Of a DNA stretch of 64,000 bases, positions 24,298 to 36,427 are shown in pieces. The notes under the pieces are model-generated. The model had not been told where the DNA came from, did no database searches, and was given only the letters and a program-made list of their open reading frames with translations. A program made the position numbers and the translations under genes. Positions within the stretch are counted from its first letter, which is position 1. Each line of letters opens with the position of its first letter. The DNA comes from Rhodospirillales bacterium (GTDB lineage Bacteria; Pseudomonadota; Alphaproteobacteria; Bin95): the NCBI GenBank assembly GCA_038143065.1, contig JAYQLI010000035.1:288001-352000 (forward strand), written 5' to 3'.

Positions 24298-25782
24298 ATG
24301 AGCAAAGGTGTTATTCTTTTAGCAGATGATGACCGTTCTATCCGAACTGTTCTAACCCATGCCTTCATGCGAGCTGGATTCGAGGTTAAAGCCACAGGCA
24401 ATGCTTCCACTCTTTGGCGTTGGGTAACCGAGGGTTTAGGAAACATTGTGGTCACCGATGTTGTTATGCCAGACGAAAATGGCTTGGACCTTTTGCCAAA
24501 AATTCGCCGCGCTAGGCCTGAGCTCAGGGTGATAGTTGTGAGTGGCCAGAACACGCTGATGACCGCAATACGCGCTACGGAGCGAGGGGCATTTGAATAT
24601 TTTCCAAAGCCTTTTGACATCCGTGAGTTGGTTAATGTTGCCGAGCGGGCCATACAAGAACCAACAAACGTCGCTCAGCCTGAACGCGGTGATAATGAAG
24701 AAGATAGATTGCCGCTGAAGGGCAGATCGCCGGCAATGCAAGATGTTTATCGGATGTTGGCGCGTTTAATGGGGACAGACCTGACAGTTCTTATCACCGG
24801 AGAGTCGGGTGTTGGTAAAGAATTAGCTGCACGGGTTTTGCACGATTTTGGACCTAGGAAGCGCTCTCCTTTTGTTGCGATAAATATGGCCGCAATCCCC
24901 CGCGAGTTAATCGAAAGTGAACTTTTCGGTCACGAACGTGGAGCGTTTACAGGTGCTACTGCTAGATCTTCTGGGCGATTTGAACAAGCTGAAGGCGGTA
25001 CATTATTTCTTGATGAAATTGGTGATATGCCTCATGAAGCGCAAACTCGTCTCCTCAGAGTTCTTCAACAGGGAGAGTATGTGCCCGTTGGGGGTGCCTC
25101 ACCGATTAAAACAAATGTTAGGATAGTCTCAGCAACCCACCGAGACCTCAGAGAGTCGGTGCGGCAGGGTGAATTCCGCGAGGATCTTTTTTACAGGCTG
25201 AATGTTGTGCCGTTGCGTCTCCCAGCATTGCGGGAACGTGTCGAAGATATTCCAGAATTAGTGAACCATTTTCTGCAAAAATCTGAGGGGGAGGGTCTTC
25301 CTCGGCGAGCAATGTCAAATGGTGCGATGGAAGCTCTTCGTAAGCACAATTGGCCTGGAAATGTTAGGGAGCTCGAAAACCTTATTCGGCGCCTTATTGT
25401 GATGACTGCTGATGAAACGATATCTGCAGACAGTGTGATCGAAATCCTTTCTGAATACTCTCAAGGTACAGCACAGAAAGATACTGCCGATGCAAACATT
25501 TCGGGCAGTTTGGATCAATTAATGGACCGTTTTATGGAGCACTACTTTCAAGAGTTGGGACAGGAACTGCCGAGTACTGGACTGTACACCCGAATTATCG
25601 AGCAAATAGAAATTCCGTTGCTGACGCACATGTTATCCGCAGTTAATGGTAATCAAGTAAAGGCTGCTGAAATTCTTGGCATTAACCGAAACACGCTTCG
25701 TAAGAAAATCAAGACATTAGGATTGCCAGTTATTAAAGGGGTAGTGAGTCAAATCCCTAATGCATTAGAAATTAGTTGGTAA
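24298..25782 (+). CDS. ntrC: Nitrogen regulation response regulator NtrC
   Basis: Receiver domain, [14 protein letters not shown], Fis-like [14 protein letters not shown]. Confidence 0.96.
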   Translation: MSKGVILLADDDRSIRTVLTHAFMRAGFEVKATGNASTLWRWVTEGLGNIVVTDVVMPDENGLDLLPKIRRARPELRVIVVSGQNTLMTAIRATERGAFEYFPKPFDIRELVNVAERAIQEPTNVAQPERGDNEEDRLPLKGRSPAMQDVYRMLARLMGTDLTVLITGESGVGKELAARVLHDFGPRKRSPFVAINMAAIPRELIESELFGHERGAFTGATARSSGRFEQAEGGTLFLDEIGDMPHEAQTRLLRVLQQGEYVPVGGASPIKTNVRIVSATHRDLRESVRQGEFREDLFYRLNVVPLRLPALRERVEDIPELVNHFLQKSEGEGLPRRAMSNGAMEALRKHNWPGNVRELENLIRRLIVMTADETISADSVIEILSEYSQGTAQKDTADANISGSLDQLMDRFMEHYFQELGQELPSTGLYTRIIEQIEIPLLTHMLSAVNGNQVKAAEILGINRNTLRKKIKTLGLPVIKGVVSQIPNALEISW

Positions 25783-25819
25783 AGCTTGTAGACTGGTTTC
25801 CGTTCTTGGAGCCGCGTAT

Positions 25820-28027
25820 ATGAAGCCTATGAGGTTCAATTTTCTTAATGGCAGGAGGCTTATATTCGCCGTTAGTGCTACCGCACTTGCGGCCTTCGGC
25901 CTTGCAGGTTTTACCTTAGCGCTGTTGTTGGGTGTTGCTCCTTTTGTTCCTTCCACCACCCAAAATGTGGTTCTGTCTCTTAATGCGAACTTGTTAGTTG
26001 TTGGCCTGCTCGTAATTCTCATTGGGTATAGAGTTTTTGTGCTGCTTAAGCGGCGTCGTCACGGTGGTGCTGCCGCTCGTTTGCAAGGCAAAGTGGCGGC
26101 GCTTTTTGGTATTGTTTCTATCGTGCCGACGGTAACTCTTATTGTCCTGTCAATTACTATTTTGCACGTGGGTTTAGAGAGCTGGATTAGTGGTAAAACA
26201 GAGCAAGCAACTGTTCGTTCTCTGTCAATTGCAAGGGCTTATCTTCGCGATTATCGCCTTGGACTTGTCCGAGATACCTACACGCTTGGAAATTTTCTCT
26301 CCGAGAAGAAAATAGCATCCGCTGTTAACCGTAAGAAGTTTGATGAACCCTTAAAAACCTTGGCTGATCGACGTGGCCTAATTGAAATAGTGATATTTGA
26401 TAAAAAAGGTGTGGTCTATGCGAAGGCTGGAGATGTTGCAGGTTTACGTAGTGCGAATGTTCCACAATGGGCCATTGAATCAGCAACAACTGGTGGTGCA
26501 CCTGTAATCATACGCGGTAATCCAGATCGCTTAAGAGCTTTGTACTGGCTCTCTGATATCGAACGTTTTCTTCTTGTTGGACGCGCTTTAGATCCTCAGA
26601 TTTCTAGTCATGTCGAGGGAGTCAGCGCAGCTGTTTCGGCCCTTCAGAATGCGGTTGGTGCCCGAAATTCTATTGAAGCTCGCTTAGTCGTATTTTATGT
26701 GCTTTTCGGATTGGTTTTTACGCTTGCTTCTGTTTGGGCAGGATTGATGTTCGCGGGAGTATTAGCTGAACCGGTGTCAAACCTTATAACAGCAGCGGAT
26801 CAAGTGCGTGCTGGGAATCTAAAAGCCCGGGTCAACGTTGGGCCTCACACAGACGAGATTGGCAACCTTCTAATTAGTTTCAACCGCATGACGGCTCAAC
26901 TTGACACACAACGTGATGAATTGATGTCAGCTAACCAAGAAATGGATCGCAGGCGGAGATTTACTGGTGCTGTATTGGACGGAGTAGCATCAGGAGTAAT
27001 CGGAATTGATGATTCAGGGACGATAAGGACCGCCAATCCATATGCTCTTGAAGCCTTCGGTTATAAAGATGATGAGATTGTTCAAAGAAAATTGTCAGAG
27101 GTTGCTCCAGAACTTCTCGAACTAAGCAACTTCGCTGGTCGTCAAGAACGTGAGGTCCAAATTTTGCGTGGTGGCCGTCAACGTGTTCTGCTTGCCCGTT
27201 CAGTGCCTGTATCTGGAGAACATGTAGGTGGGCAGGTGATTACGTTTACGGATATCACTGACCTTTTACAAGCAAAGCGCCAGGCAGCTTGGGCTGGTGT
27301 AGCACGTCGAATAGCGCATGAGATTAAAAATCCTTTAACACCAATACAACTCTCTGCAGAGCGTCTGAAACGGCGCTATTTAAAAACTATTCAAAACGAT
27401 CCGGATATTTTTTCACTGTGTTGTGAAACTATTATTCGCCAGGTGTCTGCGCTCCGAGGCATGGTCGATGAATTTTCTGATTTTGCTCGGTTGCCCGCTC
27501 CTAAGGTGCGCCTTACAAATATCAATGGGTTAGCACAAGAGGCGGTTTTTCTCTTAAAAGCGGAACACCAAACCGTATCATTTAAACTCCAAATTCCTGA
27601 AAGTGGTGCATTTGCGGAATGCGACCCAGATCAAATTATTCGGGCTCTCAATAATATTTTGATAAACGCCGTGCATTCCGTGAAAGGAGTCGAAGAAAAA
27701 GAAGGCTCTGATTTTATTCCAATTGTTGAATTATCTCTATCAGTTGAAAATAACTCGGTGATAATAATATGCGAAGATAACGGGCCCGGGTTTGCTTCTG
27801 AAGTGTTAGAGAGTGCGCTAGAACCTTACGTTACGACGAAAGATGAGGGCTCTGGATTAGGACTTGCCATAGTTCAACGAATAATAGATGAGCATCGCGG
27901 AATGCTGCGGATTTATAATAAAAATGATGGTGGCGCTGCTATTGAGATCCAGCTGCCCGTAAAAGACAAAATGTCAGAAGATATTCTGGCTGAGGCGGCC
28001 GATACAAAGAGTGAGAAGACGACATGA
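25820..28027 (+). CDS. ntrY: Sensor histidine kinase NtrY
   Basis: TM helices, HAMP, PAS, AWAGVARRIAHEIKNPLTPIQLSAERL. Confidence 0.93.
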   Translation: MKPMRFNFLNGRRLIFAVSATALAAFGLAGFTLALLLGVAPFVPSTTQNVVLSLNANLLVVGLLVILIGYRVFVLLKRRRHGGAAARLQGKVAALFGIVSIVPTVTLIVLSITILHVGLESWISGKTEQATVRSLSIARAYLRDYRLGLVRDTYTLGNFLSEKKIASAVNRKKFDEPLKTLADRRGLIEIVIFDKKGVVYAKAGDVAGLRSANVPQWAIESATTGGAPVIIRGNPDRLRALYWLSDIERFLLVGRALDPQISSHVEGVSAAVSALQNAVGARNSIEARLVVFYVLFGLVFTLASVWAGLMFAGVLAEPVSNLITAADQVRAGNLKARVNVGPHTDEIGNLLISFNRMTAQLDTQRDELMSANQEMDRRRRFTGAVLDGVASGVIGIDDSGTIRTANPYALEAFGYKDDEIVQRKLSEVAPELLELSNFAGRQEREVQILRGGRQRVLLARSVPVSGEHVGGQVITFTDITDLLQAKRQAAWAGVARRIAHEIKNPLTPIQLSAERLKRRYLKTIQNDPDIFSLCCETIIRQVSALRGMVDEFSDFARLPAPKVRLTNINGLAQEAVFLLKAEHQTVSFKLQIPESGAFAECDPDQIIRALNNILINAVHSVKGVEEKEGSDFIPIVELSLSVENNSVIIICEDNGPGFASEVLESALEPYVTTKDEGSGLGLAIVQRIIDEHRGMLRIYNKNDGGAAIEIQLPVKDKMSEDILAEAADTKSEKTT

Positions 28028-29394
28028 ATGCTGATGTACTTGTCGTCGACGACGAGAGCGACATTTGTTTACAAGTTTCTGGTATCCTTGAAGATGAAGG
28101 GTACAAGGTCGTAACAGCTCAAAATTCTGACGCTGCATTAGAGGCCTTAAGCGCCGCTCATCCCAAAGTCGTGATTTTAGATGTTTGGCTCGAGCACAGT
28201 CGCCTCGATGGACTACAGCTTATAAATGAAATTTTAGAGGAAGCGCCTCAGACGGTAATACTTATGATGAGTGGCCACGCGGATATTGATACGGCCGTTC
28301 GTGCTATTCGAGACGGGGCATATAACTTCGTCGAGAAGCCTTTTTCAGCAGATAGAATGATAATTGCTGTTGCGAGAGCTTATGAGGCAGCAAATCTTCG
28401 TGCAGAGGTTGCCCACTTGAAAGAGGCAAATCGTAAAGAATGGCATTTAATTGGCAACTCGCCGGCAATGTTATTTCTTCGCTCACAAATTGAGAAACTG
28501 GCTAAGGTTAATAGCCGCATTTTAATCCAAGGCCCCAGTGGTTCTGGTAAAGAAGTAATTGCGCGATGTATTCATGCAACCTCAGATAGGGTCGGTGCTC
28601 CTTCTCAGTATTAAGCTGTGCTGCAGTTCGCCCTGATAATATGGAGGTAATGCTTTTTGGTGAGCAAACTCCTGACGGTTTGGTCATGCCCGGCATGCTC
28701 GCTGATGCTGATGGGGGAGTGGTGCTATTGGATGAAATTGCAGACTTGCCAATAGAAGCTCAAGCTAAAATGCTTCGCTTCATTCAGGAAGGGTCATTTA
28801 CTCCAGTTGGGGCGTCCCAACCGGTTAGCGTTGATATTCGTGTTATGGCATCTAGCTCTCGTGATCTTCAAAAAATGGTTCGCGAAGGCACCTTGCGTGA
28901 AGATTTGTATTTTCGATTAAACGTCGTTCCCATCAATGCTCCATCTCTTTCAGAGCGCGTGGATGATATTCCAGCTCTCGCGGAGCATTTTATTAATTCA
29001 GCGATTAATGATGGCCAGCAAATTCGTCGGCTTTCTGCTGGAGCTATATCTGCGCTTCAAGCGCATACATGGCCAGGGAAATGTGCGCCAGTTGCGCAAT
29101 GTGGTAGAGTGGTTATTGATCATGGCGCCGGGAACTCCACATGAAGAGATCGGTGTAGACGCGCTTCCTCCAGATATTTTAGGAGAGGATCCTACCGCAT
29201 TACTTGATGAGCGGCGAGAAGAGTTGATGGAAATCCCACTCAAAGATGCTAGGGAGGCATTTGAACGAAGCTATCTGTCTGCACAAATAAAACGTTTTGG
29301 CGGTAATGTTTCGCGGACAGCCAAGGCTGTTGGTATGGAGCGTTCAGCCCTGCACAGAAAGCTAAAGTCGTTAAATCTCGGTGAAGGAACCTAG
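28024..29394 (+). CDS. ntrX: Response regulator NtrX (indels near 28600 and 29078)
   Basis: Receiver domain, GPSGSGKE, no GAFTGA, FGGNVSRTA..VGMERSALHRKLKSL. Confidence 0.93.
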
Positions 29395-29396
29395 CC

Positions 29397-30767
29397 GTGA
29401 GGGTTATTGTCTGTGGAGCAGGGCAGGTTGGTCTAAGTATTGCGAGCCAATTGGCCTTAGAGGGAATGGATGTGGTCGTTGTCGACCACTTGGCTACGCT
29501 CGCCCAGCGGTTGGGTGATAGCCTTGATGTACAGACAGTCACAGGTCATGCATCTGATCCAAGAGTATTGAAGCAAGCTGGTGCTGAACAGGCAGACATG
29601 ATCATAGCCGCGACATTCTCTGATGAGGTGAATATGGTGGCTTGCCAAGTAGCACATTCCTTATTTGGAGTGCCAAAGAAGATTGCACGCGTGCGAACGC
29701 AGGGATACCTAGACGCGAATTCTCGTGCCATGTTCGCTAAAGATCACATGCCAATTGATGTGATTATTTCTCCTGAGGCAGAGGTGGCCCGAGCTGTTGT
29801 TCGACGAGTAACAGCCCCAGGAGCTTTTGATCTAATTCCTCTTATGGATGGACGTGCCCGCCTGGTTGGAGTTCGAATTGGTGACGATTGTCCAATCATT
29901 AACACTCCTTTGAGACAACTGACGGCTTTGTTCCCAGATCTTCAAATTACAACGATAGCGATAGGACGAGGCGATAGATATTTTGTTCCAAGCTCTGACG
30001 ACCAAATATTTCCAATGGACAGGGTCTATTTTTTGGCGGCTACAGCCCATATTGACCGTGCTATGGCTGCTTTTGGTCATGAAGAACAAAGAGCCCAGCG
30101 AGTATTAATAATTGGTGGTGGTAATATTGGATTGATGATTGCTGAGGCTCTTGATCAGGCGTCAATTGCTGTTCGAATGATAGAAAAGTCAGAAGAGCAG
30201 GCTGCCCGAGCAGCAGAAGTTGCACCTAGACTTGTAGTTATAAATGGTGACGCCCTTGAGCCGGACATTTTAGAAGAGGCGGGAGTAAAGGCAGCAGATA
30301 CATCAATAGCTGTTACAAATGATGACCAAAGCAATATTCTTGCTTCATTAATGGCGAAACGGGTTGGCGCAGAGCGAACAGTTGCTTTGATTAATAGGGC
30401 TTCCTTTTCGACTTTAGTTAGTCCCTTAGACATCGATGTAGTTGTTAATCCTCGCGATATCACGATTAGTACCATCCTACGCCACGTGCGACGTGGCCGA
30501 GTAAGAGAAGTGCATTCGATAGGTGATGGATTTGGCGAGGTCTTAGAAGTTGATGCTTTGGCAACAAGTGAAGTTGTGAATAAATCGATTTCAGAACTGC
30601 AGTTACCAGATGGTGCAATTGTGGGCGGAATTATGCGCGATGACGAAATTGTCCTGCCAAAGCCAGGTTTAGTTATCAAAGAAGGCGATCGGGTCGTAGT
30701 ATTTGCAGAGGAAGCGGCGGTTAAAAGAGTGGAAAGATTTTTTGAAGTGCGATTGGAATTTTTCTGA
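29397..30767 (+). CDS. trkA: Trk potassium uptake NAD-binding subunit TrkA
   Basis: Two RCK domains with GAGQVG and GGGNIG. Confidence 0.95.
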   Translation: MRVIVCGAGQVGLSIASQLALEGMDVVVVDHLATLAQRLGDSLDVQTVTGHASDPRVLKQAGAEQADMIIAATFSDEVNMVACQVAHSLFGVPKKIARVRTQGYLDANSRAMFAKDHMPIDVIISPEAEVARAVVRRVTAPGAFDLIPLMDGRARLVGVRIGDDCPIINTPLRQLTALFPDLQITTIAIGRGDRYFVPSSDDQIFPMDRVYFLAATAHIDRAMAAFGHEEQRAQRVLIIGGGNIGLMIAEALDQASIAVRMIEKSEEQAARAAEVAPRLVVINGDALEPDILEEAGVKAADTSIAVTNDDQSNILASLMAKRVGAERTVALINRASFSTLVSPLDIDVVVNPRDITISTILRHVRRGRVREVHSIGDGFGEVLEVDALATSEVVNKSISELQLPDGAIVGGIMRDDEIVLPKPGLVIKEGDRVVVFAEEAAVKRVERFFEVRLEFF

Positions 30768-30782
30768 TTAGAAAGAGTAGAA

Positions 30783-31632
30783 ATGCCACGTTCTGTTTAC
30801 GTTAATGGAAGCTACTTACCTGCACAGTATGCTTCAGTTCATTATGAAGACCGAGGTTATCAGTTTGCGGATGGTGTTTATGAGGTAATCCTGGTGCGCC
30901 GACGTTCTATTGTGGACAAAAGTCCTCACTTGATCGCCTAGAACGCTCTCTTAGAGAGCTATCTATTTCAATGCCGATGAGACGGACGTCTCTCGAGGCT
31001 GTGATCAATGAAACACGCAGGCGTAACAATGTTGATGAGGGCTTTATCTATATCCAGGTAACCCGAGGTATTGCGCCGAGAGACCACACTTTTCCAAGCG
31101 TTCCAATTCCTTCCCTGATTATTTCAGCCAAACGAAGGGCTTGGCCATCGATTGATTCAAAGCCTAAGGGGGGAAGTGCGATGCTTGCCCGTGATGAACG
31201 TTGGGCCAGATGTGACATAAAATCAGTTGGGCTGTTGCCAAATATCCTAGCGAAAGAGAGAGCAAAGAAGTCAGGGGCAGTTGAGGCTATCATGGTTCGT
31301 GACGATGGCAGAGTTACAGAGGGTGGGTCATCGAACGTATGGATTGTGGATGATAAAGGAGTTTTACATACTCACCCATTGGGTCCAGAGATTCTTGGTG
31401 GTGTAACGAGGGGGTTATTAAGGAGTTAGCGGAAAAGGCACAAATATCGGTAATTGAAGAGGCTTTTGATCGAAAAGCATTGCTGGAGGCCCGCGAGATT
31501 TTTGTTACCAGTGCTACTTCTTTTGTTAAGCCAATCCTAGCTATTGACGGTGTACAGATTGGTGATGGTGCTGTTGGCCCTATAACTTCCAGGATATTTA
31601 GTCTTTATAATGCTCACACGCTTGCGAATTGA
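30783..31632 (+). CDS. dat: D-amino acid transaminase, PLP class IV (two indels)
   Basis: YVNG...EDRGYQFADGVYEV, IQVTRG, RCDIKS, EGGSSN, GVTR, FVTSAT. Confidence 0.85.
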
Positions 31633-31741
31633 AAATTGGATAACATGGCGTTCGACCTAAATTAGAAGCAGTGTATAGTCCACGTAATAAAAACGAGATT
31701 GCGTTCGATGGGAATGCAACAAATATAGTGGTTGGTGAATA

Positions 31742-31996
31742 ATGATTGGCGCAAAGTCACAGAACTTACAGGATGTGTTTCTGAATTATGTAAGGAGGCA
31801 AAAGCTTCCAGTGACAGTATTTTTAATCAATGGAGTGAAGCTGCAAGGGGTCATCACTTCATTTGACAATTTTTGTATGATGTTGCGCCGTGAAGGCCAT
31901 TCCCAGCTCGTTTATAAGCATGCCATTTCAACAGTAATGCCGTCGTCTCCAGTAAATTTGCTTGAAGCAGTTGAAGTGACCGACGAGGAAAGTTGA
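31742..31996 (+). CDS. hfq: RNA chaperone Hfq
   Basis: [26 protein letters not shown]. Confidence 0.98.
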   Translation: MIGAKSQNLQDVFLNYVRRQKLPVTVFLINGVKLQGVITSFDNFCMMLRREGHSQLVYKHAISTVMPSSPVNLLEAVEVTDEES

Positions 31997-31997
31997 C

Positions 31998-33324
31998 TTG
32001 GGGCATGAATTTGTTGCGGCCCAAGATGATGCACCGGAACGGGTGATCATTGTTAGGCCTATATTGCCCGATAAAAGAGCAGGTACGGAGACTGCTGCCT
32101 CCTTAAAAGAGGCAATATCCCTAGCTGAGGGAATAGGTCTACAAGTAATATTCGCCCGCGAAACTCAAGTTCCGAAACCTAAGGCTGCTACCCTGGTTGG
32201 TGAAGGGTTGATATCTGAAATTAAGCAGGAGGCTATTTCAAAGAAAGCTTCGCTGGTAATTTTTGATGCAGCGCTCTCACCTGCGCAGCAGCGATACTTA
32301 GAGCGGGCTCTAGAAAAAAAGGTTCTAGACCGGACCGGTTTGATACTGGAAGTGTTTGGTGCGCGAGCGAGGACCCGAGAGGGTGTGCTTCAGGTTTCCT
32401 TAGCTGCGCTGAGTTATCAAAGAACCCGTCTAGTCAGATCATGGACCCATCTAGAAAGGCAGCGAGGTGGGGCTGGGTTTACTGGGGGGCCAGGAGAGAG
32501 ACAGATCGAACTTGATCGTCGGCAAATTGATAACCAGATCGATAGAATAAAATCTCAATTGGAGGATGTTCGGAGAACGCGAACCCAACACCGCAATAAC
32601 CGACAGCGCTCCAATTCAGCTACAGTAGCATTGGTAGGATATACAAACGTTGGCAAGTCAACTCTTTTAATTTCCTAACAGGGGCCGGAGTATTATCAGC
32701 AGATCAGCTATTTGCCACGTTAGATCCAACCATGAGGGGGTTGAGCTCCCATCTGGTTCTAAAATCATCCTCTCCGACACTGTTGGTTTCATTGCGGAAC
32801 TGCCAACTCAGTTAGTGGAAGCATTTCGTGCCACGCTAGAAGAAGTACTGGAGGCGGACTTAATTCTCCATGTCCATGATTTGGCTGATCCGGAGCATAT
32901 AATCCAGGCAGAAGACGTAAAAATGGTATTGTCAGAATTGGGAGTAGATCGCGGGTCAAAAAGAATAATAGATGTTTATAACAAAGTTGATATTGCTCAC
33001 ACCAACGATCTCGATCTAGTGCAGCCGGCCATTAATTCAGGTCAAGCTATCGCGGTCTCGGCAGTGACGGGTGAGGGAGCAGAGGTCCTTCTCAGTTCTA
33101 TTGATGAGGCTTTGGCAGCAGATGGTTCAGAAGTTGTAGTCCGAATTTCATGCGCTGCTGGAGATGCTTTAGCTTATCTTTACAGAACAGCGTTTAGTAT
33201 AAGTTCAGAAAGCGATGGCGAGGATGTAATTGTTAGAGCCAAATTAGCTAAGTCCGATTTGGCTCGTTTCGTTAAGCAGTGGTCAGAAACAGCTATAATT
33301 GAAGCTGCGGGGTCTCCCAATTGA
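31998..33324 (+). CDS. hflX: GTPase HflX (indels near 32670 and 32745)
   Basis: SWTHLERQRGG, GPGERQIE, GYTNVGKSTL, LFATLDPT, DTVGF, NKVD. Confidence 0.95.
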
Positions 33325-34158
33325 TACCAGACATAGATTTTTTAAAAGTTCGCCAAGCTCTTAAAGAGGTTTCAGACTCTGAAATTAGGCCTAAGTTGGG
33401 TGCATTATCTCACTCTGAAATTTCTGAAAAATCGGCAGGTGATTTTGTTACCAGTGCTGATCTCGCAGTGGAACAATGCTTGGGTGAGAGGCTGCGTGAT
33501 ATTTTACCATCTGCGGAAGTTCTAGGTGAGGAGGCAGTTGCTGACGGGCGTGCTGCTATTGCGTCTCTAGCCGATGATCAGCTCCATTGGGTAATCGATC
33601 CGATCGACGGAACAGGAAATTTTGCGGCTGGTTTCCCATTAACAGCTGTCATTGTATCGCTGATTAGAGCAGATGAAATTCTTGCTGGTTGGATCCACGA
33701 TCCCTTCGGCGATAGAACTTTTGAAACCTTACTCGGGGAGGGGCCTGGTTAGAAGGGCGTCGTCTCTTATGTAATCGCCCAGAAGATTTGCGGTTAATGA
33801 ATGGTTCTGTTTACGGGAAAAAATTTCGTGAGCGGCGCATGTTTCAGGAAATCTGGGGGAAAGGTCGAGGAAAGTTTGGGGCAATTTGGAACGCAAGGTG
33901 TGTAGGGCAAGAACATATATCCCGTGTAAGCGGCCTTGCTCACTTTGGATGTTATTCTCGGTTGCTCCTTGGGATCACGCTGCTGGCTTTTTGATGCATA
34001 AAGAGTCTGGTGGAATTGGTCGCATGCTTAATGGGAGGCGTTATAGGCCATCTGATCCTTCTGTTGGCGGATTACTTGCACCAGACCTTGAGCTTTGGAA
34101 CCAACTATGGACTATTCTAGTTGCTGATGGAGAGCCACCAGAACTTGAAGCTGATTAG
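33321..34158 (+). CDS. Inositol monophosphatase family protein (two indels)
   Basis: DFVTSAD, GEE, WVIDPIDGTGNF, PWDHAAG. Confidence 0.88.
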
Positions 34159-34170
34159 GGAGCTAATTTT

Positions 34171-35040
34171 ATGGCAAAGGTAGCATTTATTGGTCTTGGG
34201 GTTATGGGGTTTCCTATGGCTGGTCACCTTGCAGCAGCTGGGCACGAAGTGACGGTTTACAACCGTAATCAGGGTAAAGCCGAAGAATGGACAAAACTTC
34301 ATGGTGGTCAGGCTGCGCCAACACCAGCGGAGGCCGCAGCTCAGCAGGAGTATGTATTTTCGTGTGTTGGTGATGATCCTGATGTTATTGAGGTTACGCT
34401 GGGCAAAAGTGGTGCCTTTCAGTGCATGAGTAGTGATACTGTGTTTGTTGATCACACAACTGCTTCTGCAGACTTAGCCAGACAACTAGCTAGTGAAGCT
34501 TCTAAAAAAGGTTTTCATTTTTTGGACGGACCTGTCTCTGGTGGACAGGCCGGCGCTGAGAATGGGGTGTTGACCGTTATGTGCGGTGGTGAACAAGAGG
34601 CATTCAACAGGGCCAAGCCACTAATGGAGAGTTACGGCCGGGCAGTCACATTAATCGGTCAATCTGGTGCTGGGCAGCTAGCTAAAATGGTCAATCAGAT
34701 TTGTATTGCAGGGTTAGTCCAGGGCCTGTCTGAAGGTGTCAATTTTGGCATGAAAGCAGGACTTGATATGGATGTTGTCTTAGGAGTGATTTCGAAGGGG
34801 GCTGCGCAGTCATGGCAGATGGAAAATCGTGGTTCCACCATGGTCCAGGGCGAATTTGACTTTGGTTTTGCTGTTGACTGGATGAGGAAAGACCTTCGCA
34901 TTGTTCTACAGGAAGGTGAACGCAACGGTGCACGATTGCCAACCACTGCATTGATTGATCAGTTTTACAAGAATGTTCAGCAGGATGGTGGTGGGCGTTG
35001 GGATACCTCCAGTTTGATTCATCTTCTCAGTAAGGACTGA
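34171..35040 (+). CDS. NAD(P)-dependent beta-hydroxyacid dehydrogenase (3-hydroxyisobutyrate dehydrogenase family)
   Basis: FIGLGVMG, DGPVSGG, GQLAKMVNQ, GFAVDWMRKDL. Confidence 0.9.
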   Translation: MAKVAFIGLGVMGFPMAGHLAAAGHEVTVYNRNQGKAEEWTKLHGGQAAPTPAEAAAQQEYVFSCVGDDPDVIEVTLGKSGAFQCMSSDTVFVDHTTASADLARQLASEASKKGFHFLDGPVSGGQAGAENGVLTVMCGGEQEAFNRAKPLMESYGRAVTLIGQSGAGQLAKMVNQICIAGLVQGLSEGVNFGMKAGLDMDVVLGVISKGAAQSWQMENRGSTMVQGEFDFGFAVDWMRKDLRIVLQEGERNGARLPTTALIDQFYKNVQQDGGGRWDTSSLIHLLSKD

Positions 35041-35866
35041 TCTTTTTGACCAAGTTCCAGGCCTCATCTTGAGTGGAAAGATCTACCGATGCTGGGTCTT
35101 TCCCGTCTTGTTCCAGTTTGATTTCCATTGCTTTAAAGCGTCTTTCAAATTTATGGTTTGAAGCTGCAAGAGCTGCATCGGGATCGATACCGAGTTTTCT
35201 GGCGGTGTTAATCACTGAGAAGATCAAGTCCCCTACTTCTTCAAAAAGCTCGGCTTTTCCTTCATGAACGGCCTTAATTACTTCAATCATCTCTTCTTGT
35301 GTTTTTGCAAAAGCAGAGTGCCAATCTGGAAAATCGAAGCCAATTCGTGCCGCGCGCTTTTGTAATTTAAGTGCACGTGCTTGGGGCGGTAATGTTCGAG
35401 CAATGCCATCTATGGCACTAGGCTTATTATTATTCCTAATTTTTTCCTGGCGTTCTTCGGCTTTAATTCTTTCCCAGTTTCCAGGGTTAGGTCGTGCAAT
35501 AGCGCCAGTTTCATCAGGGAAGACATGTGGGTGCCTTCTATGCATCTTTGCTGTGATTGCTTCTACTATGTCAGAAAAAGCGAATTTTCCATCTTCTTGT
35601 GCGATTTGAGCCTGAAAAACAACTTGAAGCAGGATATCCCCTAATTCATCACGGAGATCCAGATAATCTTCTCTTTCGATTGCATCCGCAGCCTCATAGG
35701 CATCCTCTATGGTATATGGGGCTATGCTCTTATGATTTTGTTGAAGGTCCCAAGGGCAGCCATCTACAGGATCGCGAAGTCGGCGCATAACCTCAAGAAG
35801 TTTCCCGAGACTATCTTGAGCATTTGCAGTGCTTGATCTCATGTTTAAATTTTCCACTAGTAACAA
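35027..35866 (-). CDS. mazG: Nucleoside triphosphate pyrophosphohydrolase MazG
   Basis: LRDP..GCPWD, DELGDILLQV, RRHPHVF, EEVGDLIF, KFERRF; the true start may be slightly downstream. Confidence 0.94.
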   Translation of the reverse strand: MLLVENLNMRSSTANAQDSLGKLLEVMRRLRDPVDGCPWDLQQNHKSIAPYTIEDAYEAADAIEREDYLDLRDELGDILLQVVFQAQIAQEDGKFAFSDIVEAITAKMHRRHPHVFPDETGAIARPNPGNWERIKAEERQEKIRNNNKPSAIDGIARTLPPQARALKLQKRAARIGFDFPDWHSAFAKTQEEMIEVIKAVHEGKAELFEEVGDLIFSVINTARKLGIDPDAALAASNHKFERRFKAMEIKLEQDGKDPASVDLSTQDEAWNLVKKISPY

Positions 35867-36000
35867 TCAGCTGAAATGAGCCATGGCAAAATTTCAACAC
35901 AATCCATTTATATCAGCATGGGCTAGAAATTATCTGTATGGATTTGGAATTTTCTTGTCCAAGACTAATGCTAATCTTGACGAAAGTAGCGGAGGGACAC

Positions 36001-36425
36001 ATGGGGTCTATAGTAAAACCTTCAATATTCGCAATATTGTTGAGTGTTCTTGGGTTTGCTGGAAATTCCTATGCAACAACAAAGTTGCCCCTCGAATTAA
36101 ATCGCCTTGAACAAGATGGTGATGTTTGTCGCGTATATCTTTTGATCCGGAATCCCGATGCTAGCTCAATTGATATATTGAAACTTGATTTAGTTTTCTT
36201 TGATAAAAGTGAAATAATTCAAAATAGGCTTTACGTAGAGCTTGGCCCTATTCAAGGCGCTAAAACTGGCGTTCGTTTGTTTGATATTCCAAAACTGAAT
36301 GTGAAAGTTTGGGCTCTATTTTGGTGAATGATGTTGTGGAATGTTTAGGGCCTGGTTCGGAGGAACTCGATTGTTTGCAGCGACTACAACTCAGTTCTAG
36401 AGCAGGAGTCGAACTTAAGTATTGA
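36001..36425 (+). CDS. Conserved secreted hypothetical protein with four Cys (indel near 36298)
   Basis: Signal-peptide-like N-terminus; LELNRLE...CR...LDLVFFD...GP...KT..RLFD; another frame gives CESLGSILVNDVVEC...C...LSSR to TGA at 36423-36425. Confidence 0.7.
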
Positions 36426-36427
36426 AT

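Noticed and set aside
28024-29394. Missing GAFTGA motif in the second enhancer-binding-like protein
   Set aside because: A known normal property of NtrX
35027-35866. mazG as an anti-phage defence gene
   Set aside because: Canonical two-domain housekeeping MazG near hfq-hflX, with no defence-type partners
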